A stretch of DNA of 64,000 nucleotides. Origin: Lytechinus pictus (taxonomy: Eukaryota). This document shows, in pieces, positions 13,594-25,143 of this stretch. How positions within the stretch are numbered: the first letter of the stretch is position 1; each line of letters starts with the position of its first letter. The translations under genes and the position numbers were made by a program. The notes beneath the pieces are model-generated. The model made no database searches. It had not been told where the DNA came from and saw only the letters and a program-made list of their open reading frames with translations. Location of the stretch: positions 5,892,001 to 5,956,000 of the forward strand of contig NC_087250.1 of assembly GCF_037042905.1 (NCBI RefSeq), written 5' to 3'.

Positions 13594-14017
13594 CACTGTA
13601 AAAACTGTGGTGTTAAAACTGACACCAATTGGTGTTAATAGAGGACCACACCCTGAGGTGTTAAAATAACACCCTAGATATTGAACATAATACCAAAGTG
13701 TCTAAATGTAACAACCATAGGTGTAAATAACTAACACCACCAATTTAACACTGGTGTAAAATAACTGGTGTGGTCCTCTATGTACACCGGTTAACACCAC
13801 ACACTGTAAAAACTGTGGTGTTAAAACTGACACCAGTTGGTGTTAATAGAGGACCACACCCTGAGGTGTTAAAATAACACCCTAGAGATTTAGTAACAAC
13901 TAAAGGTGTTGTAATAACACCTATGGGTGTAAAACTAACACCACCAATTTAACACCGGTGTAAAATAACTGGTATGGTCCTCTATGTACACCGGTTAACA
14001 CCACAGTTTTTGCTGTG
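13594..14017. mobile_element. Head-to-tail dimer of the CAC-terminal MITE
   Basis: cactgtaaaaactgtggtg starts at 13594 and ~13802; 2-bp TG flanks. Confidence 0.8.
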
Positions 14018-15052
14018 TGTACAATTAACAATCACAATCAGATGATACTCCTTACATTTTTTACGTTTTTGGAAAAAAGAGAGGGCAGCTAAGTAGCCCC
14101 TGATGCACACCAATCAGATGAACTTTTTAAAATACCAAAATTCACATCATAAGAATACAAACAAAAATGAGATTTTGCTTTTCTCAATTTGAATCGATCT
14201 TTGAATTATTCCATGCTGTCAATAAGTCATTGCTGCCAAGCTGTTTTCTCCATAGTGGCCTTGTTTTGCTTCCACTCTTTCCACACAACATGTTTGTTTC
14301 TTTGGTGTCCAGGTTGCACATGCTAATGAGGCAAAGAGAGAGAGAGAGAGAACCACGCATTAAGAAGCTTACGATCAATTGCAACTTAATTTTGGATCCC
14401 AAGATCAATCATTAATCTTGCAATCAATATATTTATTGAAACTCTATCAACTCAATAACTGGTCATATTTTTGGACAAAAATTTGGATTGATTTATCTAT
14501 TATTAATTGCCAATTATTATCATTAATTGCCAATTTGATTATTGCCAATTTGCAATAGATATTTGCAACTGAAAGCATTTTTTTCTTCTATTTTTTATAA
14601 CTTTATATGAGACATTACCATGCGCAGCAGGTGGGGGCCGTTGAGTTTTTCCTCATGCAGATTTAAACGAAATTAGTCTGAGAAGGCCGTGCATACAGAT
14701 CCTTCAAATTCATTGCTATCTTATAAATCCGACTGAAACACATTTGAAACAGCTTGGTGTTCTTACTCTCTTACACATTAGTTTTAAGAAAATAAAGTTT
14801 TGTTTTACCTCATCTGTATTTGTCTGCATAGGATCATGACCGTTAACAAAAAAATATACAAGAGGAGAACGGATTGAAAAATGCTTCGCTGTTAATTCCA
14901 TACACCATTCGAATGACTGAATTCATCCATGGTTTTAACGCGACACCCTAGTCTTAACAGCTAACCCTATACCCCTAACAGTATTTTGTCTTGACGAAAA
15001 TAAAAAGCAAGCTAGAAGCAATTGCCGGATAGCAATTGACGCTAAAGCAAAT

Positions 15053-15359
15053 GGCCCGTATTCTGAAGTCAGGTTTAACTTAGACCATGGTCTATGTGCT
15101 GAAAATATGCTGGGAAGCCAAAAGTGTCAACATTTTTATTATGTTGTATGTTTCTTATGTTTACTGTGCTTTTTCCTGCAGTGGTTCCTCGATGATGGTG
15201 AGGACAATCATCTACTTATACTTCCTAGACAATTATTAATGATTTGAGAGCCAAATGAGCTGAAATATGATATCTCTATATATACTGTTAGTGATTTATG
15301 CAACAATTGGCTATCCATACTTAAACCACAGCTTTAAACCTGACTTCAGAATATGGACC
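15053..15359. mobile_element. ~300-bp MITE
   Basis: TIR ggcccgtattctgaagtcagg / cctgacttcagaatatggacc; an interrupted copy lies at 37424-38152. Confidence 0.78.
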
Positions 15360-15395
15360 AATGTGTCTAGGTCCTAGGAGCCATTACTTACCCAG

Positions 15396-15815
15396 TTAGC
15401 CTCCTCTACAGGTGGAGCTGATCCTCCTCTCCGTATCTTCTACGAAAGGATTTGCCCCATATTTCTGATCTACGAGAATCAGATTGCCGCTCCGCCGCTT
15501 GACGATGAAACTACGGTCCGAATTATCGTTCCTGGTCGCCGCAACCCCGCCCGACGAATCGAAGACGGTCACCGTGATATCTTCGTGGTCCGTTGGAAAG
15601 CGCTCGAACCGACGAGGGTTGATTCCACGCCTTTCAACACGATTGCCAGAGTGTTTTAGTTCAACTACCACGCGTTCATTTGTATCGTTTGCAATGTGGG
15701 TGTTGTGTTGCTGAAAGAGAGATACTAGTTTTACGATATCTTTCCGATCTACGCCAGATAGTTTTGCCGCCAAATCAATTAATTCTGACTCTCTTGCCCT
15801 CCCCCAAAATGACAT
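15396..15815 (-). CDS. Uncharacterised small protein, paralog B (139 aa)
   Basis: GC-richer ORF with HNTHIANDTN...ITVTV...SDRSFIVKRR..LILVDQKYG..F.EDTER, shared with paralog C. Confidence 0.85.
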   Translation of the reverse strand: MSFWGRARESELIDLAAKLSGVDRKDIVKLVSLFQQHNTHIANDTNERVVVELKHSGNRVERRGINPRRFERFPTDHEDITVTVFDSSGGVAATRNDNSDRSFIVKRRSGNLILVDQKYGANPFVEDTERRISSTCRGG

Positions 15816-16620
15816 TTTATACGATACTTTCTTTTACCAATTGGAGCGGCGATAATCTCGTTCGGTATATACCGGAAAATAATGTGAACTTCCTAATTAG
15901 TAGCGTCATGCACCGATCGAGTGTCTCGGTTTCTGGTGGCACCAGAGGCGGTGCCTGCGGCGGGGGGGGGGGGGGGGGGGGGGGCAGGGGAATTATGACC
16001 GCCCCAATTCATTTGAGAGGTACAAGAGGGGGGGGGGGGGGTTAAATCGTAAAAAGGGGAAACGTACATGTCAGAGGTAGGCCTATTAATAGCTCGATCA
16101 ATCGTATTGTGTGTGAAAATTTTCACATTCATCGTTTATTACTATTTTGCATGGGATAAAGGTAAATGATGGTGACCCCCCCCAAAAAAAAAAAACCTAA
16201 ACAAAAAAAAATCAACGGAAACACTCAGTTACAAAAAAACAAAAGCAAACAACAAACTGATCACACTTGGAAAATGTATTATAAAATTTCATCAGATTTC
16301 TTTTAATAGGCCTATATAAGAATTTAACTGCCATATGACCATTCCTGTTGCACTCTTTTTCTTTCGTTCCTCCTTTTATTCCCAATTTCCCAGTTATCCA
16401 CGGCACTGTAATCATGACATGCATTAACATATTCGAAACACTGAACAAACATATTCTTTCTCATATAGATAAGAATTATGTTGACCCAATTTACCCTGAT
16501 GAATCATTGCATTTTGGTGATAAAGTGTCATTAAAAAATAAAGGCTCGGGACTTTAATAATAATTTGATCATTTGAAATTTGTCCTTCGGTTGCTTTTAC
16601 CTCCCTATTTAGGTAGATCA

Positions 16621-16820
16621 GGGAGGCGCGATAGCTCAGTCGGTAGAGCGGGGGTTTCGGATTCCGGTGACCCGGGTTCGATTCCGAAGTGGTGCGCTAG
16701 TGCCCTTTGGTAAGGCATTTATCCTCATTACCAGGTCCCTCGGAGAGGACCTTAAGCCGTCGGTCCCCTGGTTGCTTGCTCACAGGCATTTGTGCGTTCT
16801 TAGCAGTCAGGTAAAAACCT
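16621..16820 (+). mobile_element. tRNA-derived SINE (third family)
   Basis: A box tagctcagtcgg and B box ggttcgattcc; no closable acceptor stem; continues into a non-tRNA body. Confidence 0.65.
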
Positions 16821-17580
16821 CGATATAACATAACATGAACTCTTCAGGATTATGGGATTTCCATGTATTATTTACCCATATATGTGCAAACGTAGTTGTA
16901 ATTACAATAGGCCTACCAAATGACGGTTATTAACATTGAACTTTGCTGTCAGACTATATAGCTAGCCTATTTACTGAACTAAGCTAGACTCATGCTTACA
17001 CACTGAGATTACATTAAACAAAATTAATATCATCTGTATAATGTTAGTACTTATAAGATAACGATTGTGAGTTCGAAGTCCTATTCACTGGATTTCATTT
17101 TTATTTTACGTGATCATAACATGACACCAAAGTATGACAAATGTACAGATAAACATGTCTATTTTTTTTGCTCCAAAAAGAAAGAAATGAGATCAATATG
17201 CTGCGTAATTAAAATAAAAGTGAAATGTAGTACAGTATAGTAAATAAAGTGTAAATAGGTGCTAGGCCTTTTCTAAGCCTGTGTTCGTAATGATATTCTT
17301 GCAAAAGGTTGCGATCATCTTTGAAAATTCTAGTTTTAATTTAAAGTTTTCAGAATTAAGCGACATCGACCAGTCCGTCCGAATCGTATTGTCGAAAGTT
17401 ACAAAGTGGTTGCAAATGTTTGTTTTCCGGGCTCTTTTACTCATGGCGATATAAATCTTCTGCCCAAGTTTAGTGACGTTTTCTCGACTAAATCGTTCCA
17501 CGTGTGTAGATCAATATCACATTTATCTGAAAAATACACAAAAAATACGAGATATTTGGTAAAAGGAACGTATGATATGT

Positions 17581-17875
17581 AATAATAATAATAATTATAC
17601 TTGCTTATATAGCGCTTAATACTTACTTTGTTAGAAGTCTCTAAGCGCTCTACAGTATATGCAGCATAATTACCCTGGCTTTAGCAGTGCAGCTGTTACG
17701 AGCGCTGCGTTCCAAGGAATAAATTCCTGCCAGGTACCCATTTACCTCACCTGGGTTGAGTGCAGCACATTGTGGATAAATTTCTTGCTGAAGGAAATTA
17801 CGCCATGGCTGGGATTCGAACCCACGACCCTCTGTTTCAAAGTCCGGAGACTAATCCACTGGGCCACAACGCTCC
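17581..17875 (-). mobile_element. tRNA-derived SINE, near full length with (TAT)n tail
   Basis: Reverse complement of the 1293-1806 SINE without the insert. Confidence 0.82.
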
Positions 17876-18555
17876 ACGTTGTATATGTATGACATGATAA
17901 AGGAAGAAAATGAGAAGGAAAAGAATTAGCAATATCTGAAGATGAACGAATGAAGAAACTAAAAGAAAACATTTTTTTAAATACCTCTGTAAAGTATTGC
18001 AATTATTCTTACGGGTATATTGAGTTCATCGATAATCTATACAAAATTTAAACATTGCTTTGTCAAATAATATATGTATATCATGAATATAGAAAATAAC
18101 AGAAATTGAAATGTTTCAGCAGATATGATTGATTTCAGTATTCAGTGGTCGGGCAATGTAGAATCTAGAATTTTTCAACAGGATTAATTCGATAGGTGTC
18201 ATAGAATTGGTATATGGTTCACATAACTGAATTAAAGGATAATTAGGGGCACGGCGCAGCTAGATGTTTTGATAACGGGGGAGAGGTGGATAGGGATGGG
18301 GCTATACACCCGGGAATATGACTTTAAAAAATGTGTATATATAGATTTACAACCAACACCTCTCCTTATACTATGCTAATTCCTTCTTTGCTGCTTTCTT
18401 TTGAAAATGATGACTTTTTTGCTTAATTGTCATTTTTTCGAGGACGAAATACCCTTAATTTTAGGTTAAATAAATTTTTTGCTTGTCATTTTTTTCCTTG
18501 GGAAAATGTGCCCCCCGGGCCCCTTGGAATATCCTGGATCCGCCCCTGGCTTACC

Positions 18556-18951
18556 CTATGATGTAGTTGTCTGACTTTTATGTCGTTCTGTATCTTCCGT
18601 GAAGGCAGTCGCTCCATATTTCTGATCTACAAGAGTCAGTTTCCTATTTCGCTTCTTGACGATGAAACTACGATCCGATTCGTCCCTCCTCGTAGCGATA
18701 ACCTGCTCCGACGCGTAATCAAGGAGAGAAACCGTGATCCTGCCGTTCTTCGTTTCATACCGCACGTACTGATGAGGAGCAATTGTACACCTTTCTTCGC
18801 GGGTTTCTTCGCAGTCTTTGGGGTGTACTTCAAGTTTGATTTTTACAGGTTTATTCGTATCGTTTGCAATATGGGTGTGATGCTTTGGACTATTTCGTAT
18901 ATCTCCAACTTGCCCGCCGGAATCTGAGCCGCCTGCCCCCGAATCAGACAT
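18556..18951 (-). CDS. Uncharacterised small protein, paralog C (131 aa)
   Basis: HHTHIANDTN...ITVSL...SDRSFIVKKR..LTLVDQKYG..F.EDTER; motif blocks and frame conserved with paralog B while the flanks are unrelated. Confidence 0.85.
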   Translation of the reverse strand: MSDSGAGGSDSGGQVGDIRNSPKHHTHIANDTNKPVKIKLEVHPKDCEETREERCTIAPHQYVRYETKNGRITVSLLDYASEQVIATRRDESDRSFIVKKRNRKLTLVDQKYGATAFTEDTERHKSQTTTS

Positions 18952-19296
18952 ATTCTATGTGCATGTGCGTGATCGATATGCCTAAATATTATTTAGTTAA
19001 GCAATGTTTTTATCTTATTATCTGTCATGACGGTAAGCTGTATGATGACCGATATATTCGTGAGAGTATCAGTTATTACCTGGGATTACTCTGGTAATCG
19101 CACTTTGTTCATGTTTGCATATTATGCCGGCCCTTTTCGCTGGAAATTAAGTTTTATATGGTCTTTTCATGAGTATAGGGCCTAAGGCAACACAATGAGA
19201 CTTACGAGAGCACTGGAGTTCATTCCAAGAAAGTTATTATATTGGATATTGCATCGCACATACACACCCTCACACACAGACGCATACATGTATTAA

Positions 19297-19825
19297 AGGT
19301 CAAATCCACCCCAGAAAAATAATGATCTGAATAGAGAAATATTAACAAGAATAACCCTGAAACTTTCATCAAACTCGGATGTAAAATAAGATGATATTTT
19401 ACAAGTTATTTGCACAACTCATGACATGCAAATGAGAGATGTCCCTCACTATTTTTCTTTTTTTTAAATGTTACTTTGAATTATACAATATTTCAATCGG
19501 ACCAACTTGACTGAACCATAAAATGCTATAACAATGGCAATTCCACATATTCAGGGAAAGATAAACTACTTTCACATTACCATCAGGAGAATATTAGAAT
19601 ATCTAATATTTCAATAATAAAATATAAAAGAAATTGTGAGTGACGTCATCAGTCCCCTCATTGGCATACCTACTGCAGGATAAGCATAACTGTTTGTGAA
19701 GTTAAGCGAAACTGAAATGTCATAACTTTGTTTTAAACTTGATTTTGATGAAATTTTCAGTGATATGCTTGTTGGATTTTTCTCTTTTCAGTCAAATCAG
19801 CTCTTTGATGGAGTGGACTTGTCCG
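19297..19825. mobile_element. Kolobok-like MITE, diverged copy
   Basis: TTAA flanks; body matches 22348-22950. Confidence 0.8.
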
Positions 19826-19963
19826 TTAATCTTTAAAAAAACCCAAAACGCAAAATGAAAAACACAACCAACAATATTCAACCTCTATCATTCCAATTTG
19901 TGTCATAATCATGTTCTAATATTCCTTTTCCATCATCATTATCATTATTTCCACCACCACTAT

Positions 19964-19995
<32 letters not shown>

Positions 19996-21807
19996 TCATC
20001 ACCATCATCGTTAGCATTTTTTTTGCTTACTATGGCAATCCATCTTCTGCTATTAATTTTATGCTAAATGATTTATACCTAATTTACTGTCAATATATGT
20101 TTGTTATATCTACGTTATATCGTTATGTAGAAGAAAAATAAATTCAAATCAAATCAAATTTGGCGTATGATATATACTACATAGTATGATTCAATCAAGA
20201 TCTTTATTTCATACATGTGAAATATTACATCTACATGTTCACCTAATTATATTTTTCTACATAATATGGCACATGAATTCTTCTGACGTATTTACAAAGG
20301 TAGAGTCACTCCATATATATGATATGCAGATATAATGGCATATAATTGTGATTTATTTATTGGGTTCATTAACCCATTGCCCGCTGATGTTGCAATCATG
20401 CACATTCGTACAATTAAATTCAACAATCGTAATAATTAGTTTTCTCCCCAAATCTTCAAATCAGATAAGCTAATAACAGGCAATAATTCTTGGGTAACAT
20501 CTATAGTCATATATCAATCTATATCAATTAAGGAAATTGGAAATCTTGAATTAAAGAAAATAACATGGAAACAAATGTCATCATAATCCCGCCAAAATTA
20601 ACTCAGCGTGCAAAAAGTTAAGAAATAATGAACAAGCCCAATATGATAAAAGGGTGACCAATTCAAACCTGCTGCTACAGTAACATACTAGAGGGGAAAA
20701 AAATCACACGGGGCGGGGGTGATTTAGCTCCCCCCAATTGCTCGAAAGAGCCCTGGAAATCCCCACTCATTGCGATGTAAAAGCCAGTGGCAGATCAGAT
20801 GGGGGGGGGGGGGGAGGTGGGAGCACTGCCGGCCGGTGCCCACAATCAAAATTTGTAATGTAAATATAATGTTTCTACCCTTTTCTACCTTTTTTATCCC
20901 TGTCATATCTCTCTAAGTTCCCGCCCATCTTTTCGGATGCAAACCAATCAAAATCTCCATAGCATTTAGTGATCGCAAATGCTCATAACTTTTTCATTAT
21001 TTGTCTGATTTTTCTCAACTTTCTTTGATCTTTTGTTTCTTTGATTTTTCTGTTTCTACACAAGCCCACTTGTTTCAAAGCTTTCATTTCCCTTTAATAA
21101 GATTAAATCGTGTTTGTGAATCCAATGCAGCCTTTGCAAAATTAAGGCCCTGTCTTACAAATGGTGGTGACAGATTAATTTCAAATTTAAATTATGATTG
21201 ACTTTAATTCAATTTGAGATCAATCCCAATATGATTTCAAATTCAAATTATGATTGACTTTAATTTAATTTGAGATCAATCCCAATATGATTTCAATTTG
21301 AATCGAGTATAATAACTCTTTGTAAAACATGCCCCAGATCTTTTCAATCATAAAACTGGGAGAAAAACATATCACACACATGTAAACAGAAGTACGTACT
21401 CCAGTAAATAATGTTAATTCTCAAAATCAAATACAAATTTCAAATTCACAGGGAAATGTCATATACAATCATACATACATGTATATAATTTGTGAAGAAG
21501 CAAACCATGAATTAAAAAAATATATCTATAATTGATAATTGTGATGTAATAATGTACATAACCAACCATTGATGAATCTATCATAAAAAATATCATTGTA
21601 AAACCAGCACCACCCTATGTTATTAACAAAAAAAAAGAAAGAAAAAAGAATGAGTTATCTAATTTCTCGAAGTCATTAGTGCATTGGCTTTTTGGGGGGA
21701 GTGGATTTATATTTGCTGACCCCATACTTTGTGAAAAACACTTGAAAAACGTGTAACAGAGACATCTTTGCGGAAAGCAAAGTCGTGTACAAGCAAGAAA
21801 TTCTTCA

Positions 21808-22061
21808 GGGCCCCGTCTTACAAAGAGTTACAATTGATCAGATCAATCACAACTATGGACGGCCAGCAACGTCAACATCTAAGATGCAAAATTTTGTTCA
21901 AAATATTTTCTAGATAAGATCATTCTCTTGAAGATTCAGTGTGATTCTCTTTGCTTACTATAAAGGAGATTGTGCAAATTTCCTGTAGAAAATTTTATGG
22001 TGTGGATGGATTTCAATACAGTTGAGATTGATTGGATCAATGGTAACTCTTTGTAAGACGG
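21808..22061. mobile_element. Harbinger-like MITE of the ~290-bp family
   Basis: gggccccgtcttacaaagagtt...aactctttgtaagacgg. Confidence 0.78.
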
Positions 22062-22347
22062 TCTAATCATCCTAGGACAACTGCACGGTCAGGGAAAGTG
22101 AGACAATGACTTCCACATAAGGCATTAACAAAATTCTTGAATGATAAATACAATAGTTTTCTTCCCCAATGAACCATGCGAAGGAACACAAGAAGAATTA
22201 CAGTTAAACAAATTCTTGACACTCTGATTGCTTCCCATAATTTTAAGCCAGACTTAGACCATAGACCTCCAAGCCCTCCATGTATGTATATACACTTGTG
22301 CTTTATACCTGTATGCCAGTCAAATTCACAAATACCCATCTTTTTAA

Positions 22348-22950
22348 AGGTCAAGTCCACTCCAGAAAAATGTAGATTTGAATAAATAGAGAAAAATCAA
22401 ACTAACATAACGCTGAAAATTTCATCAAAATCAGATGTAAAATGAGAAAGTTATGACACTTTAAAGTTTCGCTTATTTTTCACAAAACAGTGATATGCAC
22501 AATTCAGTGACATGCAAATGAGGCAGTCGATGATGTCCCTCACTCACTATTTCTTTTGTTTTTTATTGTTTGAATTATATAATATTTCATTTTTTACAGA
22601 TTTGACAATAAGGACAAACTTGACTGAACCATATAATATTAAACAATGCTAATTGCACGTGTTCAGGGAGGAATTAATCTTTGTTTCACTTGACAACCAG
22701 GAGAAAATTAGAATATTTCATATTTCACATAATAAAATACAAAAGAAATAGTGAGTGGATGACGTCATCAGTCTCCTCATTTGCATACCGGCAAGGATGT
22801 GCATATAACAATTTTGTGAAATTAAGCGAAACTTTAAAATGTCATAACTTTCTTATTTTACATCCGATTTTGATGAAATTTGTAGTGTTATGTTTGTTGG
22901 ATTTTTGTCTTTTTATTCAAATCAACTTTTTTTGGGGGTGGACTTGTCCT
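22348..22950. mobile_element. Kolobok-like MITE, full length (603 bp)
   Basis: TTAA-aggtcaagtccac ... gtggacttgtcct-TTAA. Confidence 0.88.
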
Positions 22951-23084
22951 TTAATAGTTTCCAAGTGTATTTGACTGAGAGATGTATGACACACATGCAC
23001 ATGTTTTGTTTGTCTGATACCAGTAAATACATCCACAATAAAAATCCAGAAAGTGTGACAGATGCCATCCAATGCCTTGTCATA

Positions 23085-23352
23085 CAAAGGGGTGTGATTT
23101 ATATGATCAACCTCAACTACTGTATATGGAAATCTATCAGTGTCATAATTTTTGTTACAATAAATTTGCACAACGTCTATTGTAAACAAAAGAGGAGCAT
23201 ACTGAATTTAAAGAAAAACAGTGAATCATATCATGTCGCATTATACCTAGAAAATATTTTGAACAAACATGCATATGTTGATGTTGCTTGCCGTCCATAG
23301 TTGTGGTTGATCAGATCAGATCAAATCGCAGCTCTTTGTAAAACAGGGCCCA
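23085..23352. mobile_element. Harbinger-like MITE just downstream of the Bora stop codon
   Basis: Body matches 203-491; ends ctctttgtaaaacagggccc. Confidence 0.72.
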
Positions 23353-23380
23353 GATGTGTCAATGCATTGTTTCGTCGCCA

Positions 23381-25143
23381 TCAAGTGCTGTTCTCGACAT
23401 CTCCAAGATCCATAGAGACATTTGCACAGTGTGTATTGTACCCACTATCAACTCCTGTCCTGGTTACCTGAGCAAGGAGATTCACCGATATAGGCCTTAG
23501 AGGTGTTGCTTCCGCTTTGCTGATATCGCCTGAGATGTCTTCTTCATGCCTGTTTGCGTCATTCAAGAGTTTCTGATGGGAACGAAGGTTGGTTAGATTA
23601 CCATTTTCCGTGGCCGGACTGGAGAGAGGAGTCTTATTTTGGAGGCTTACACTTCTTGCAGGAACATCCTGGGCAGAATGACTATGTGGAAGGTCCAAAG
23701 AGATAGGGCCTTCCTGCATGTCAGCCTCTTGGTATTGGAGTGGATCTGAGGTACTTCTTTGAAAGACGGGATGGGAGATATGACCTTGTGGCATGGTAGG
23801 ACAATGTTCCGTATCTTCACGCTGATGGAGCAAGCTTGATGAATGCGTTCCGACAGAGTCCCTTCTATGGCTCTGCAGATCTGCCTCGGATAAAGACAGC
23901 ATTAGCCAATCTTCCTGGACATCTGTGTTCTCTCTCTCCTCTGCATACTTCCTCAAAGAGTCATAGCTCCGGCTTGTTGTCATAGAGCTCGGGGCGGACT
24001 TCTTTGTAAAAGACGTCTGCATCCGACAATCCTCAACCCTGTCAAAGAATTGCACTTCATCAAACCTAAGATTTTTGGAAGACTCTTGTTGGAATTGCCC
24101 ATGGGTCAAGTCACAGGACTGACCTATACCTTTGCACATTTCAGTGGTCTCCTTTTTGGGAGATGCATTCGCTATCAAGGATACAGAACTAAGGTCCATT
24201 CCTGAGATGGCACTTCGATCACCCTTGACAGGCATTCCAAATGGTGGATTGAAAGATAGTGTGCCGTATCGCATGGTCGATGTCAGACACGTTGCTGGTA
24301 CCGTTGGGCTCTGGAATTGATAAGACTGTTCTCCTGAACGCGTCCCATGCTTCAAAGACGAGGAACAGGTATTCCCTACCCAGGATACACTGGATTGATC
24401 ACATGACTCGGTCGACCTGCAGGAGTTGGACACAGCACCGTCCAGAGCACTTGAAGTTCTCAAGAACATCTTTGGCTTTGCAGGATAATGGGAGGCGATG
24501 TCTTCAGAAAAAGAAGTGAAATTGTCCTTGCAGTCCGAACCATCCTCTTTTATCCCACCATGTTTAGAAGCTTTGATAAGGTTTTCCCTAAGCTCTTCAC
24601 AACCTGACTCAAAATGTTTCTCTCTCTCTGGAACATCGCCAGTCCCTGCTGATGATACATCGTCCACCGATTCTAACCCTGTAGCATCTTCCTGAGGACC
24701 TGCCCGAAAGAACTTTGTTACCTTACCACCTGCATCGGCTTCAAGATTCTCCACTCTCTCTGGCCGATCACCCGCAACCTCTTCTCGTCCATCCAGGGAA
24801 AACAGACTGGTTTCCATCAACAGTTCCGTGTTGCTATCGTGCACTCGTGACGACGTGATCGGCATGCTTTGCCCCGAGAAAGGATCACCACCGCTTTCCG
24901 GATACCTAATAGGGCTGAATTCTGTCCCGATGTGGAAGGAGACCATCTTGTGGCGTGCCTTGGATCTGAAAGACTGGACATTGACCCTGTCTTTGGATAC
25001 GCCTTCTTCGGTCCTGACAGGAGAGATTGGTAGGTCACCAGTCTTTGGTATAGGGCTGAGGGCAGTACTGGCTTCCAGCGAGAAGTCACATGGTATGTTC
25101 TGCCTCGGTGGACTGCTTGCATGAATGTCCTCCTGAATGTGAT
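23381..25143 (-). CDS. BORA: Bora terminal coding exon 9 (DHIQED...[24 protein letters not shown])
   Basis: Acceptor ttcttcaaacag in frame with the 603-aa ORF; DSGYNT phosphodegron near the C-terminus; TGA stop. Confidence 0.9.

Noticed and set aside
16621..16700. tRNA gene
   Set aside because: A/B boxes are present but I could not close an acceptor stem, and the sequence runs into a repeat-like body; treated as a SINE head.
22681..22974. Recurring 'FHLT.RRKLEYFIF' ORF family (also 11083, 33491, 61376)
   Set aside because: Similarity comes from copies of the same MITE; starts, frames and stops differ between copies.
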